This document shows, in pieces, positions 1 to 12,785 of a DNA stretch of 64,000 nucleotides. A program made the position numbers and the translations under genes. Source of the DNA: Octopus vulgaris (Eukaryota); NCBI GenBank assembly GCA_951406725.2, contig OX597822.1:24924001-24988000 (forward strand), given 5' to 3'. The first letter of the stretch is position 1. Each line of letters opens with the position of its first letter. Under the pieces are notes generated by a model that did no database searches, had not been told where the DNA came from, and was given only the letters and a program-made list of their open reading frames with translations.

Positions 1-107
1 GCTTATCCAGCGGAGTGGCGTCATTGGAAGGCTAAAACAATGCGAAGCGCATTGTGACCCGCGATGTGTAGCAACATCTGATAGCCTGGTCGGTCGCGGT
101 GATCACG

Positions 108-110
<3 letters not shown>
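1..110 (+). mobile_element. 3' end of a SINE-like repeat, cut by the window edge
   Basis: GC-richer segment ending in duplicated CGGTGAT and running into (TA)n; resembles an octopus retroposon tail from memory; no second copy in the window. Confidence 0.4.
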
Positions 111-139
<29 letters not shown>

Positions 140-624
140 CGCACACACATATATATTTATACGTACAAACACGCGTATAACACACACACACATACATGTT
201 TGTGTGTGCATATGAATTTGTGTATATCTCCGCTCTTTCTCTTTTCTGACCAACTTTTGACTTCAGCTGAACTTTAAAGCAATAATATTCCAGCTTTTGT
301 CTATCAAGTACCACTTCGAGCAGCAGACGCTGGTTTTTTTTTTATATATTTATATATATTTTTATTTTCGGTATATATTTTTTTTTCATTTTGTGTGTTT
401 TGTTTTTTTCCTACTCACTTCACTATCCTCAGATGTGTTCCGATAAAACTGTTTAAGTGTATGCGTAAATGTATATTCATGTATATGATGTGTGTGCGCG
501 TATGCATGTAAATATATCTATGTATATATGCTATGTACTTGTGTGTATCTATGTATGTATGTCAGTGTACACACACTCGTTTTGAAAGAGAGCGAGAGAG
601 TGAGTGTATGTATGGAAATATGTG

Positions 625-670
<46 letters not shown>

Positions 671-719
671 GCTACAAACAATGAGGCCAACGTTTTTATG
701 TAGAGGAAACCCCAGGACG

Positions 720-775
<56 letters not shown>

Positions 776-812
776 CTCATCTACCTATCTATATCTCTCT
801 CTATATGTGTAT

Positions 813-875
<63 letters not shown>

Positions 876-928
876 CATACAAACACATACATGTACATAC
901 ATACATACACACACATATACATACATAC

Positions 929-960
<32 letters not shown>

Positions 961-985
961 ATATATATATATATACATATATACG

Positions 986-1150
986 CCGGCCGGGCTTCTT
1001 TCAGTTTCCGTCTACCAAATCCACTCACAAGGCTTTGGTCGGCTCGAGGCTATAGTAGAAGACACTTGCCCAAGGCGCCACGCAGTGGGACTGAACCCGG
1101 AACCATGTGGTTGGTAAGCAAGCTACTTACCACACAGCCACTGCTGCGCC
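986..1150 (-). mobile_element. tRNA-derived SINE family A (CORE-like), 5' half
   Basis: Reverse complement has A box TGGCTGTGTGG, B box GGTTCAGTCC and CCTTGGGCAAGTGTCTT; near-identical to copies at 19697, 36490, 52145 and 58886. Confidence 0.9.
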
Positions 1151-1399
1151 TATATCGTATATCGCAAATACAATAAAATTAACTTTATGTAAAGCTTTTA
1201 GCTAAGAGCCCAGTAAAATTACATAATTTGTAGTTTAGGGCGATAATGTATTAATATATATAATATATAAAGATGTCAAAGGGAAACTGATGTTCGAAAC
1301 TATACTTCTACACTTAAACACTTTCAGAAGTTATAAACATGAGCAGACTGTATATTCCTGTCTCGAGTCCCAGACTCATTAGATTGGTCACACGGTTTC

Positions 1400-1608
1400 C
1401 ATAGTATATAAGAGACCGAGATCACATTTCTCCAGAACGGTCTGTCGGTCCATCGCAGGGTTGCACATTTACAGCTGAGTCGACTGGAATAACGTGAAAT
1501 GGAATGTTTTGCTCGAAAACACAACGCAGTACCCGGTCTGGTGATCGACACCCCGGTATTACGATTGCGAGTGCAACAACCTAACCAATAGGCCAGATTG
1601 CCTCCACA
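1400..1608 (-). mobile_element. Diverged tRNA-derived SINE family C
   Basis: Aligns by eye to the 5768-6020 copy (AACGTGAAATG..GTGTTTTGCTC..AACACAACGC). Confidence 0.7.
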
Positions 1609-2477
1609 TTCGGTATTTGCGTGTAGTATCCGTCTCCTAGACGCTGAGTTTACTCGAAAGCTAGCTATAAGCTCCAATGCATTGCTCGAAGTCGATCGAT
1701 GCAAATAAGAAAACAAAAATTTCACAAGCAAACTATATACATTTACTACGCAATCGACTCGTTTACTTTGCGCTAATTGAGCATACAATGTCAGCAATGT
1801 GCAGAAGAACTGGAAGTTGTAATTCTATTTCTCTACAACTGTGACCGATAAAATAAAGCGAAATCCGCAGAAGCTCATTATTTGCATCCATCAGAGGATA
1901 AAAAACAAAATGAAATATAACAAGCTGTTTACTCAAAAAAATGGCTACTTGTGAACATCCGGTTTCCGCTTAACCATTTTAAGAAGCCAAACTGGTGTAT
2001 GCATGCTGTAGTATTCTCGAATGTCATCTTCGGGCAGTTGAAATTCAGATGCTCGGTCGGAACATGCTTACAGGAAAACATAGTTTCCGCCCCACCGCCT
2101 CTCTCGCTCCTCCCCCTCTCCTCCCCCCTCTCTCTTTCACTCGCTCTCAAAACCAAAAGCAAATAAGTGAATTGTTTGTAATTTTAACCTATTAATAACA
2201 AGTTTCCACTTAGAAATGATTAGCGTTGTTTTGATTGCTGTCATAGGTGTCAGTGACAGGTGGAAACATTGGAATAAAGCTAGAGGCGAAGATAAAATAA
2301 GAGAAATGACCAACACCTTACATACGAGACTATATGTGTGCGTGTGTGCGTGCGTGTGCATGTGTGTGTGTGTGTGCATGCGTGCGTGTGTGTCTGTATT
2401 CATATAATATACATGTATGTGAATATATATGTATATGTATATACATATACACACATGCAAGTATAGATATACACGCG

Positions 2478-2513
<36 letters not shown>

Positions 2514-2649
2514 TATTCATACATACATACATACTTACACACACACACACAAACATACACACATACACACACTCACACTCACACACACATATATATACAT
2601 ACACAGGTGAGCACATAAGTGCAAAACAAGGTGGGAAAATATTTATCAC

Positions 2650-2691
2650 AACTGTCTGACGAACGGGAACGTGAAATTCCGAATAACAGTT
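2650..2691 (+). ncRNA. Degenerate hammerhead-like motif with helix III missing
   Basis: AACTGT/ACAGTT helix I, CTGACGA core, GGAA/TTCC helix II, then GAA-TA. Confidence 0.45.
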
Positions 2692-2836
2692 CTGTAATAA
2701 TTTTGCAGCTTTAATAAAAAGTGTATGTATATATATATCTAGACAGATAGATAAAGTGATCCACCACCACCACTACAATACCTACCATCATCGTCACCAC
2801 CACCGCCCCCCCACCAACAACAACAACGCCACCATG

Positions 2837-2867
<31 letters not shown>

Positions 2868-3467
2868 TCACAATTGTTACTTCCACCGTCATCATTACCA
2901 CAGCTTCCGTTTTCATCAACTAGCACCGTCTCAATTTTCATCGTCACGTCCCAACCACGTTCACTACCTCCCCTATTTCTTTTGAACCTCCTCCTCCTCC
3001 TCATCATCATCATCATCATCTTAGTACCATTAATACATCACTATTTTCATTATTATCAAAAGCAATAGCGTCCCTACCGCATGCACCACCACGATCACCA
3101 CAACCACCACCACCACCACCACTGTCATCTACTTCTATCGAAATAGCTTCTACAGGGTTTCCTGATGTACTAGAAATATAAACCAAATTCCTCCAAAAAT
3201 CACACTTTTACTGTCTTCCTAAAAAGAAAGACACACTGTATATATAAACGGCATGGTCACGACTGGAACACCTTTTAATCAAAAGTTTACTTGATAAAAG
3301 CTGACTTGAAGCAAATTAAGAAAAAAAACCCAACTAGTGTAATCTCCCCCCCCCCATAAATGTTATCGCCTTCATGGCCTCCCATATCATCATCCATCCG
3401 CTCGCTACCGCCGATCTCACCACGACAGTATCTGCAGCATCCCCACCGACGAACATCACGACTGAAA

Positions 3468-3508
<41 letters not shown>

Positions 3509-3646
3509 GCAGTTCCCTTCACCTGTTTAAAGTCTGACTCATAAAGCTAGATAAGGCCTGCAACTTACTCCTTTACACATCTGGAAATTTTACTCACTAC
3601 ATACATACATACAAACATACGAACGTATATATGAAATTGCATATGC

Positions 3647-3722
<76 letters not shown>

Positions 3723-3751
3723 GTGTATGTACGTATGTATATACATGTATT

Positions 3752-3830
<79 letters not shown>

Positions 3831-4046
3831 GTCTGTGTATGTGTGTGTGTGTATGTGTTTGTGTGTGTATAGACGTGTGTGCACTTACTTATGTAGAGGT
3901 CTGTGTGTGTACGTGTATGTATAAATGTATGTGTGCATATATGAGTGTAAATTTGTGTGTGTGAGAGAGCAGGGAGAGAAATAGAAGGAAGTTATGCATA
4001 CTTGTTATTGACTTGTAGGTTACATAAGTGTATCTGTAGGTAATAA

Positions 4047-4263
4047 CCCTTTCTACCATAGGCACACGGCCTGAAATTTTAGGGGAGGTGGGGCTAGCCG
4101 ATTATATCAACCCCAGTATTCAACTGGTACTTATTTTATCGACCACGAGAGTATGAAAAGCGAAGTCAACTTCGACGGAATTTGAACTCAGAACGTTAAG
4201 ACGGCAGAAATGTCGCTAAGATTTTCGCCCAGCCTACTGACGATTCTGTTAGCTCGCCGCCTT
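4047..4263 (-). mobile_element. SINE family B (tRNA-like head plus Meta/MESC-like central domain)
   Basis: Homologous to 17763, 51869 and 62157; 16-bp TSD TATCTGTAGGTAATAA at 4031-4046 and 4264-4279. Confidence 0.9.
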
Positions 4264-4427
4264 TATCTGTAGGTAATAATACAAGATATAGGAGTCGCTG
4301 CTGTTAATAGTTTATGGTGTTGCATTCAACCCTGGTCAGCCCCACATCATGAAGGCCTATTGTCAAAGTTGTTCCAACAATGACCATCTTCTAGTTTTTC
4401 ATGCATTTTGTACTTCAGCCCAAGATT

Positions 4428-4954
4428 CTTTTCTGCTCAAGGCACAAGGTCCGAAAATTTTGGGAGGGAGCCAGTCGATTAGAAAGGCAAAGTCGACCTC
4501 GGCGGAATTTGAACTCAGAACGTAGCGGCAGACGAAATACCTATTTCTTTACTACCCACAAGGGGCTAAACACAGAGGGGACGAACAAGGACAGACAAAC
4601 GGATTAAGTCGATTACATCGACCCCAGTGCGTAACTGGTACTTTATATATCGATCCCGAAAGGATGAAAGGCAAAGTTGACCTCGGTGGAATTTGAACTC
4701 AGAACGTAGCGGCAAACGAAATACCTATTTCTTTACTACCCACAAGGGCTAAACACAGAGGGGACAAACAAGGACAGACAAACGGATTAAGTCGATTATA
4801 TCGACCCCAGTGCATAACTGGTACTTATTTAAGCGGAAACACCTAAAGCTCTTCGAGTCTCCGGCAGGGAGGGGGTGGCGCCCCCTGTTGTACTCTTTCG
4901 CTCCAACTTGCGCATTTTGCCTGGCGTGCTAACGTTTCTGCCAGCTTGCCGCTA
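4428..4954 (-). mobile_element. Composite multimeric SINE B carrying a family F fragment
   Basis: Head at ~4911-4952, family F piece at ~4835-4910, tandem body units; 17-bp TSD TACTTCAGCCCAAGATT at 4411-4427 and 4955-4971. Confidence 0.85.
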
Positions 4955-5406
4955 TACTTCAGCCCAAGATTATCTAACTAATCTTCTTCAGGTGTAGTTT
5001 TGAGGGACATCTGGCTTCTATTTCTTGTAGGTCATCGTTGTTGTTGAACGCCAGGTCAGCTCCGATCGAGCAGACCTATGATGAAACGTATTCTGGTCGT
5101 GATCATTCAGCTTTTGCTTTTAACCTGTGTAGGAAACCTAGGCCTGCGTTGGATCTCCGTCGCTTACGACGACGAGCATTCCAGGTGTTACGATCAACTG
5201 AAAAACTTGCTCGTAAAATTAACGGGCAAGTGGCAAAGCATTCCACAGACATGCATGTCCTAGACGTAGTTCTCAGGGAGATTCGGCGTGACACTGAGCG
5301 TGACAAGTCTGGCACTTTTGAATTATAGGTTCAACTTAAAACTGACAGCAAAGAGAAATGAAGTGGCTTGCTCAAGGACCCATGTCACACACACACACAC
5401 ACACAG

Positions 5407-5442
<36 letters not shown>

Positions 5443-5767
5443 TCACACGATGGACTTCCACTCATTTTCTGTCCATCAAATTCTCTTACAAGGTAATAGA
5501 CGGCTCTGGGTAATAGCAAAAGGTACTTTCCCACGGTACGATGCATTGGAACTGAACCCAAAACCACGGGGTTGTAAAACCAGGTTCTTAACCATGCGGG
5601 TATATGTGAGCGGGAATCTGTGTGAATGTGTGTATATGCATGTCTATGAATGTGTGCATGTGAGTATATGTGTATGAGAATCTTTATGCAATTAGATATG
5701 TTTGTGTGTGCGTGTGTTCGTGCGTATTTGCATGTATGTGTGTGTATATATCTATAATAATAAATAA

Positions 5768-6020
5768 ATGCGCCCTTTTAATGCCTAACCAGGCTCATGG
5801 GCCCGGTTTCCCGGTTTCTATGGCGTATGTGTTCCCCAGCCGGAAGGGACGCCAGTCCATCGCAGCGTTACTCATTTTTGCCAGCTGAGTGGACTGGAGC
5901 AACGTGAAATGAAGTGTTTTGCTCAAGAACACAACGCATGCGTCGCCCGGTCCAGGAATCGAAACCACCATCTTACGATCATGATGCTGACACCCTAATC
6001 ACTAAGCCACGCACCTCCAC
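5768..6020 (-). mobile_element. Full-length tRNA-derived SINE family C
   Basis: A box TGGCTTAGTGA, B box GTTTCGATTCC, CORE-like TTGAGCAAAACACTTCA; tail CGATGGACTGGCGTCCC...GAAACCGGGAAACCGG shared with 17004-17304. Confidence 0.85.
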
Positions 6021-6294
6021 GTATGTATCTATATCTATCAGTAAATTAAAAAAAGTGAAAGAGTTGAGAATGTGTACAAAAATTTGTGTGAAAGTAGGGG
6101 TGTGTGTATGTGTGTTTGTGTGTGTGTGTGAAAATGTTTGCGTGTGAGTCTGTAAGTAAACTTATCTGTATGGTTCAGTGAGTTTCTATATGCCAGTGTG
6201 TGTGAATGAGCGTATGCATGTGTATGCATGTGAGTCTGTATGTAAATTTATCTGCTTGCATATACTTGTGTCTGTGACTACACATATGTATGTT

Positions 6295-6357
<63 letters not shown>

Positions 6358-6702
6358 TTTGTGTGCGTGTTTATCAGTTTAGTTGGGAGTTTCTATATGT
6401 GTGCATGTGTGCGTTAAGATAGATGTACTTGTGCGTGTATATATAAATATATATGCGTGTTTACACACCTTTATACATAATTACGTATGCACACACACAC
6501 ACACACACAATATATATATACATAAGCATATATGTGTGTGTGAGTGTATGTGTATGAAGATGTAAGGTAATGTCTATATAAATGTATGTGTGCGTGTGTA
6601 TAAAGATATTAATGGTGATGGAAACCTAGGCCTGCATATAAGCATGAGTATCTATGTATAAATTCATATGTTTGTGTGTACGTGCAAGTATGTATATATA
6701 TT

Positions 6703-6751
<49 letters not shown>

Positions 6752-7335
6752 ATGTGTGTATGTGTGTGTGTGTGTGTGGATGTGTGTGAGTTGGTAAAGT
6801 GTTTCCTCATATTACTGAGTGTGTAGGTGTGTAATGAAAGTAAAGATAATGCGCATCTGTTTATTTTAGAAGCTTTAGAAGAATCCACCCAGCCGCGCGC
6901 GCACGCATGCACACACACTCACAAACTCACATACATACAGACACATATCCGAACCGACTAGGGAGCCCCTCCATGGTAGCTCAGTCGGCTTAAAATAGCA
7001 GCCAAAATCTCCATCACGTTAGATCCGAACCGCTTACGTTTGCGCTTATTTATCTTAATTTTCATTTTAAATAATTTATTGGATAATGTAATTAAGGAGA
7101 GCCGACGCCGGAGTGTGTGTGTGTGTGTGGGGGGGGGGGTTGTGGGTAGGTATCGTGGGGTCGGGCAAGACAACTCGATGATGATGACTAGACTACCCAT
7201 GGTTGCTACGTAAAAGCCGAGGAAGTATTTACATGATGATGGTGATGATGATGATGATGGTGATGATGTTGATGGTGATGATGATAATGATGATGATGGT
7301 GATGATAATGATGATGATGATGATGATGTGAAGGC

Positions 7336-7445
7336 GATGTTCTTCTTTGAGGTGTAGGAAGAACTCGGAAATCTGATATAAACTGACAAAACATTGACTA
7401 AATATTACTCTATCTTTTACCAACATTTTTCTCTTTTTTCATTTG
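7336..7445. repeat. Inverted repeat, arm 1 (partner 11358-11458)
   Basis: 7373-7422 is the reverse complement of 11376-11425 at 49/50 nt; diverged homology continues on both sides. Confidence 0.9.
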
Positions 7446-7563
7446 CACAAGGTCACTCAAATCGACATTGCTCAACAACATAACTCACTACCCGGTCTAG
7501 GAATTGAAACCACGACCTCGTGATCATGACTGCAATACCCTAACCATTAAGCAATGCGCCTCA

Positions 7564-7594
<31 letters not shown>

Positions 7595-7670
7595 CTAGAC
7601 ATGTATGTATGTATGTATGTATGTATGTATGTATGTATGTATGTATGTATGTATGTATGTATGTATGTAT

Positions 7671-8172
7671 GCCATTGTTCTGTTTTATTTAAAGATTTCT
7701 TGCCAATAGAGAAAAAGCCGGTTTCTAATCTAGATCCAGAGCTCCTTCATTGGAATTTCAACATCAACAACAGGGTATGTTTGTTTGTCTGTCTGTCATT
7801 CTGTCTGTCTGTCTGTCTGTCTGTATGTATGTGCGTATGTATGTACGTATGTATGTATATGTGCAGGTTTGTATGTTTTGCTTTTTGTATGTATTCTCAT
7901 GCATATACTTACATATCTAGACATGCTCATATATATTTAAATGATAAACTTCTGGAAAGTTTTACAAATTTTTACAGTTCCAGTGATGGATAGGATCTGT
8001 AGTCTTCGAATTAGCTTTCTCCTTTCTGGTTTTGAGAAGCCTAATTTCTCAAAATTGGTATTTAGGCAGTGTATTACATATCCCAGAGCCCCAGTAATTA
8101 CCTGAACTTGTAATCTGGATAGAGTAACTGTAGATTTCTCAATAGCTTAGCGTAGGTATTCTCTTTTTCACT
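7671..8172 (-). mobile_element. 5'-truncated RLE-type non-LTR retrotransposon (R4/Dong-like): ORF C-terminus plus 3' UTR, frameshifted
   Basis: Translates as SEKENTYAKLLRNLQLLYPDYKFR / ITGALGYVIHCLNTNFEKLGFSKPERRKLIRRLQILSITGTVKICKTFQKFII* (stop 7937), matching the EK..KY..L...IGALG pattern of R4-clade endonuclease ends; (CATA)n on both sides. Confidence 0.75.
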
Positions 8173-8429
8173 ATGTATGTATGCATGTATGTATGCATGT
8201 ATGCATGTATGTATGTATGTATGTATGTATGTATGTATGTATGTATGTATGTATGTATGTATGTATGTATGTATGCTATATCCTAATATGTCATTAAAAT
8301 GCACCCGATGATAAGGCTCCTGTCCAGGAATTGTGGGTAGCGTGGAGTAACCCCTTACCGTTACTCCCAGGTTCATTCTAATCCGGTACAGTAGTATCTT
8401 ATCAGAGTCCCAACAATGAATTATATAGC

Positions 8430-9060
8430 TTTCCTAGGGTTGGAGGAAGCTCCCTTAATTTTTGAAAAAGCCATGGAGAATGCAGCTCTTGTAGGAGAAA
8501 GCTTCTCTAACATAAAACTTGTAGGGTAGCCGACCGGTCTTAAACCTTCGGCGAGTTAGGCCTTGCCTACCTACGCATACGAAGACTGGAGCCGGCTGAT
8601 CCTACAGAAGAAACCACCAGAACGATTTCAACGGAGAAGCGGGCAGTCACAGCAGGGCATCGGGGAATGCATAGGGCAAGATGAGGTACTATAGGACATC
8701 GTGGTCATTCACTGCATCCGGTTCTGTCCTCAGTCTTCTCGATCTGGTTTTGCCTCTGGTTAAGACGGACTCGGACGAGAGAGTGAGGTCGGCGATGCGC
8801 AACCCTTCCTCACTTTAAACAAAGTTTCCTCACGCAAGTCATCTTTCATCCTTCTTTCCACCCTTTCATCCCAAAGTCATTTGGCGACAGGCACGCGACG
8901 AAGCGACAGGTATGGGTACACTGGAAATCGTAGCCGCAAACCTGCAAACAGGCGGCTCAGGCCACAGGGTCGCTATTCACTGACCTGGAGCAGCAGTAGA
9001 TTTCGGCAGCCGTCTGGGCGACTGAGCAGTTCAATTTAGAACGCACTCCCAAACATTGCC
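8430..9060 (-). mobile_element. Probable RTE-clade LINE 5' UTR / 5' region fragment
   Basis: GC-rich complex sequence; GGTTTAAGACCGGTCGGCTACCCT resembles RTE 5' regions from memory; no intact ORF. Confidence 0.45.
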
Positions 9061-9516
9061 TGCTCCACCTACCCTAGCCAGCCTACCGCGTCTCTAGGGG
9101 ACCCTACACACTGCGGTCGGCGCAGATTGGCCTCACTAGCCATCTGCGGACTTACAAAACAAGCCCACCCCCACCCCAGGATGACTAGATGGTCTTCGTC
9201 GCATCGACGGACAAACTGCAGTAAAAATAATACCAGTCATCTTACAAAGCTTGTCACTGAAGCCTAGTATGGCGACCGAGAGAGTGGCAAACGTATTGTA
9301 CGAGCTTTTGTCACTGAAATCCAATCAAGTACAGATCTTACACTATTATTTCATTTTTAGGAATTTGTTCTGCATTTTATGAAGTCCCATGGCGATGGAT
9401 GCGTGGCGTGAAAAGTCATATCCGTGCACATGCAAGAATGAGAGTAAATCGGATTAATCAGGTTGAACGTGTAACTGCTAATTGCCTGGCAAATTGAGCG
9501 CAATCGTGTGTATGTA

Positions 9517-9882
9517 CGAGGGGCTGCGGAAAAGTGCCTGGCTTTGGCTAAAAGAGAATATTGGAGGATCCGTTATTCTTTTATTCTTTTAGTTGTTTCA
9601 GTCATTTGACTGCGGCCATGTTGGCGCACCGCCTTTAGTCGAAAAAAACTCGACCCCGAGGGTTTATTTTCTTAAGCCTAGTCTTTAATGTTTCGAGTCT
9701 ACGCTCTTCCACAGAAAGGAACACAGAAAGAAACAAGGAGAGAAAATAAAGAATGTGTAGTGGCTAGCGATCTATCATGGCGAGGCTTCTTTCAGTTTCC
9801 TTCTACCACATCCACTCACGAGACTGTAGGACTGAACCTGGAACGATACGTTTAAAGCCAGGAACTTTTCACTACCCCCTCG
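9517..9882. mobile_element. Mariner-like MITE shell with other repeats inside
   Basis: TA-flanked imperfect TIRs CGAGGGGCTGCGGAAAAGTGCCTGGCTTT / AAAGCCAGGAACTTTTCACTACCCCCTCG; left end homologous to 54403-54460. Confidence 0.7.
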
Positions 9883-9906
9883 TATGTACGCACACACACA
9901 CACATA

Positions 9907-9953
<47 letters not shown>

Positions 9954-9984
9954 ACAGACGTATATATGTTATCTTGTATCCTTT

Positions 9985-10452
9985 ATTTGTTTCAGTCATT
10001 GGACTGCAGCCATGTCAGGGCACCGACATGAAGGGTTTCAATCGGAAAAATCCGTCCCATAACTTATTTATTAAGTCTGATACTTATTTCGTCCTCTTTT
10101 GTCGAACTGCTGGGTAACTCCAACAATTCAGTTTGGGTAAGTGTATTATTGTGCCAAATTAAAAAATTTTCGGTAAACTTTAAGTTTTGGGGCCGCTGGC
10201 AACCAAACCGAAAAGATCCTGTAAACAAACTAACACCGGTTATGAAACGACAGTAGGGGTGGGTGACAAACTTAGACACACATACACACACAACACATCG
10301 GAATATGTTTCCATCTTCTAAATTCACTCACAAGGCATGGGTGGGCCCAGTGTTATAGCAAAAGTTACTTGCTCAGTCACAGTACTGCGCAGAGAGACTG
10401 AACCCGAAACCACATGACTGCAAAGCGGGCGTCTTAACCCACGTGGCCATGC
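9985..10452 (-). mobile_element. Diverged SINE A interrupted by a MITE-end fragment (~10112-10220)
   Basis: Tail and head motifs of family A; the insert ends in AAACCGAAAAGATCC, the same terminus as the 22930-23309 MITE. Confidence 0.65.
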
Positions 10453-10476
10453 CTACATAAATGTATGCGTGTACGC

Positions 10477-11063
10477 ATGTATGTATGTATGTATGTATGT
10501 ATGTATGTATGTATGTATGTATGTATGTATGTATGCATGCATGCATGCATGCATGTATGTATGTATGTATGTATGTATGTATGTATGTATGTATGTATGT
10601 ATGTATGTATGTATGTATGTATGTGTGTATGTATGTACGTACGTATGTATGTATGTATGTATGTGTGTATGTATGTATGTATGTATGTATGTATGTATGT
10701 ATGTATGTATGTATGTATGTATGTATGTATGTATGTGTGTATGTATGTATGTATGTATGTATGTATGTATGTGTGTATGTATGTACGTACGTATGTATGT
10801 ATGTATGTATGTGTGTATGTACGTACGTATGTATGTATGTATGTATGTATGTATGTGTGTGTATGTATGTATGTATGTATGTATGTATGTATGTATGTAT
10901 GTATGTATGTATGTATGTATGTATGTGTGTGTATGTATGTATGTATGTATGTATGTATGTATGTATGTATGTACGTACGTATGTATGTATGTATGTATGT
11001 ATGTGTGTGTATGTATGTATGTATGTATGTATGTGTGTATGTATGTATGTGTGTATGTATGTA
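10477..11063. repeat. Long (TATG)n microsatellite with TACG/TG variants
   Basis: Direct inspection; source of the spurious MYVC/HTYI ORFs. Confidence 0.98.
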
Positions 11064-11213
11064 TCAGTCTGTCTGTTTACATACAGACACAGTGCATAAC
11101 GCACACCACATCACCTATCCTATGTTGAAAGCTTATATATACACATGCATCTACATGTGCGCACAGGTAGAGAGCTATGTATATACATGTGCCAACACAT
11201 AAAACTCGTCAAG

Positions 11214-11249
<36 letters not shown>

Positions 11250-11357
11250 TGTATACGGCAGGCTAAACAACTCATCACGTGTTGAAAGTTATGATAAAAA
11301 CAAATAAAAAAAAAAATGAACTAAGAAAGTACTAAAAACCAAAAACAAAAAAATACG

Positions 11358-11458
11358 CGAAATGAAAGAAAAGTGTGGTAAAAGATAGAATAATATTTAG
11401 TCAATGTTTTGTCAGTTTATATCAGCTGAGTTCCTTTTATATCCCAGAGGAAAGCATC
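11358..11458. repeat. Inverted repeat, arm 2 (partner 7336-7445)
   Basis: See arm 1. Confidence 0.9.
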
Positions 11459-11831
11459 ATCATCATAACCCTTCTCCTTCTCCTCCTTCTCTCCTCCTCC
11501 TCCTTTCCCACCCTCCTCCTCCTCATCATTATCATCATCGTCATCATCATCACCATCACCATCACCCTTCTCCTTCTCCTCCTCCTCCTCCTCCTCCTCC
11601 TCACCATTACCATCAGCCTTATCATCGTCATTATCGTCGTTATCGTCATCGCTTCTTTCATCAGTAAGCGGCAATTGAAGAAAGAACAAATAATAATAAT
11701 AATAATAATAATAACTGAGAAGAAAAATGAAAATGATAAAGGAAAAAAAGAGAAGAAGACAGAAGCAGAAGAAAATGGAGACTAAAGACGAAGAGAGGAG
11801 AAAGAAAGAAAGAAAGAAAGAAAGAAAGGAA

Positions 11832-11862
<31 letters not shown>

Positions 11863-12633
11863 TGGAAGAATGGAAGAAAAATAGCGAAAGAGAATCTGAG
11901 ATAAAATATGAAAATGAAGAAAAATGAAGGGAAAAGAAGGCAAAAAAAGAAAAAAAAATTAAAGGAGAAAAACTGCGGAAAAAGAAGGCGAAAAGAAGAA
12001 AAAAACTGGAAAAAGAAAAGAAAATGGGGTGGAAAAAAAGAAGAAAATGGAAGATTCAGAGATGAAGGAGAACGAATATAGAAAAGAGTTGATAAAACTC
12101 AAGAAAATTTCTAGTAGTAGTAGCGGTGGAGGTGGTGGTGGTGGTGGCTGTGGTGGTAGTTAAGTGTATCTGCTAAGTGCCACCCCTCCCCGCCACTTAG
12201 TCCTCACATCCGATCTATATTTATAAACCTGTCTTGTCACACAATCCATCCATCCATCCACCCCGCTCTTTAAAGCGCAACTCAGCTGATTTCTAACGCT
12301 GTAGTTGGTTACCTTAGCTACTGTCTATCTACCTACCTTATCTACTTACCTACCCTGGTACGGGTGCCTTTCTTATTAAGCAACTATTTTTTCTACACTG
12401 TATCTGTCTGCATGGATGCATGTGTGCACGCGCATTCGTGTGTGCGTGTGTGTGTATGTGTGTGAGAGAGAGAGAATGTGTGTGTGTCCCTCTTTCTCTC
12501 TCTGGCCGTCTCTCTCTCTCTTTCACTATCTCTGTTCCCTCTTCATTTTAGTCCAACCCGACTCATTCTCAAAAATACTTCCTCTCGTTCTTACTTCACT
12601 TCACTCTCACTTCACTCCAGTCCATGTATTTTC

Positions 12634-12684
<51 letters not shown>

Positions 12685-12696
12685 ATCTACATATAC

Positions 12697-12785
<89 letters not shown>

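Noticed and set aside
8280-8415. Possible HDV-like ribozyme in a minus-strand SINE-like repeat
   Set aside because: Could not build the nested double pseudoknot by eye; the copy looks too diverged to support the call
10373-11202. 200-245 aa ORFs (MYVC/HTYI repeats) and similar YI, CV and LSIY ORFs throughout the window
   Set aside because: Translations of stop-free microsatellites, open in several frames on both strands
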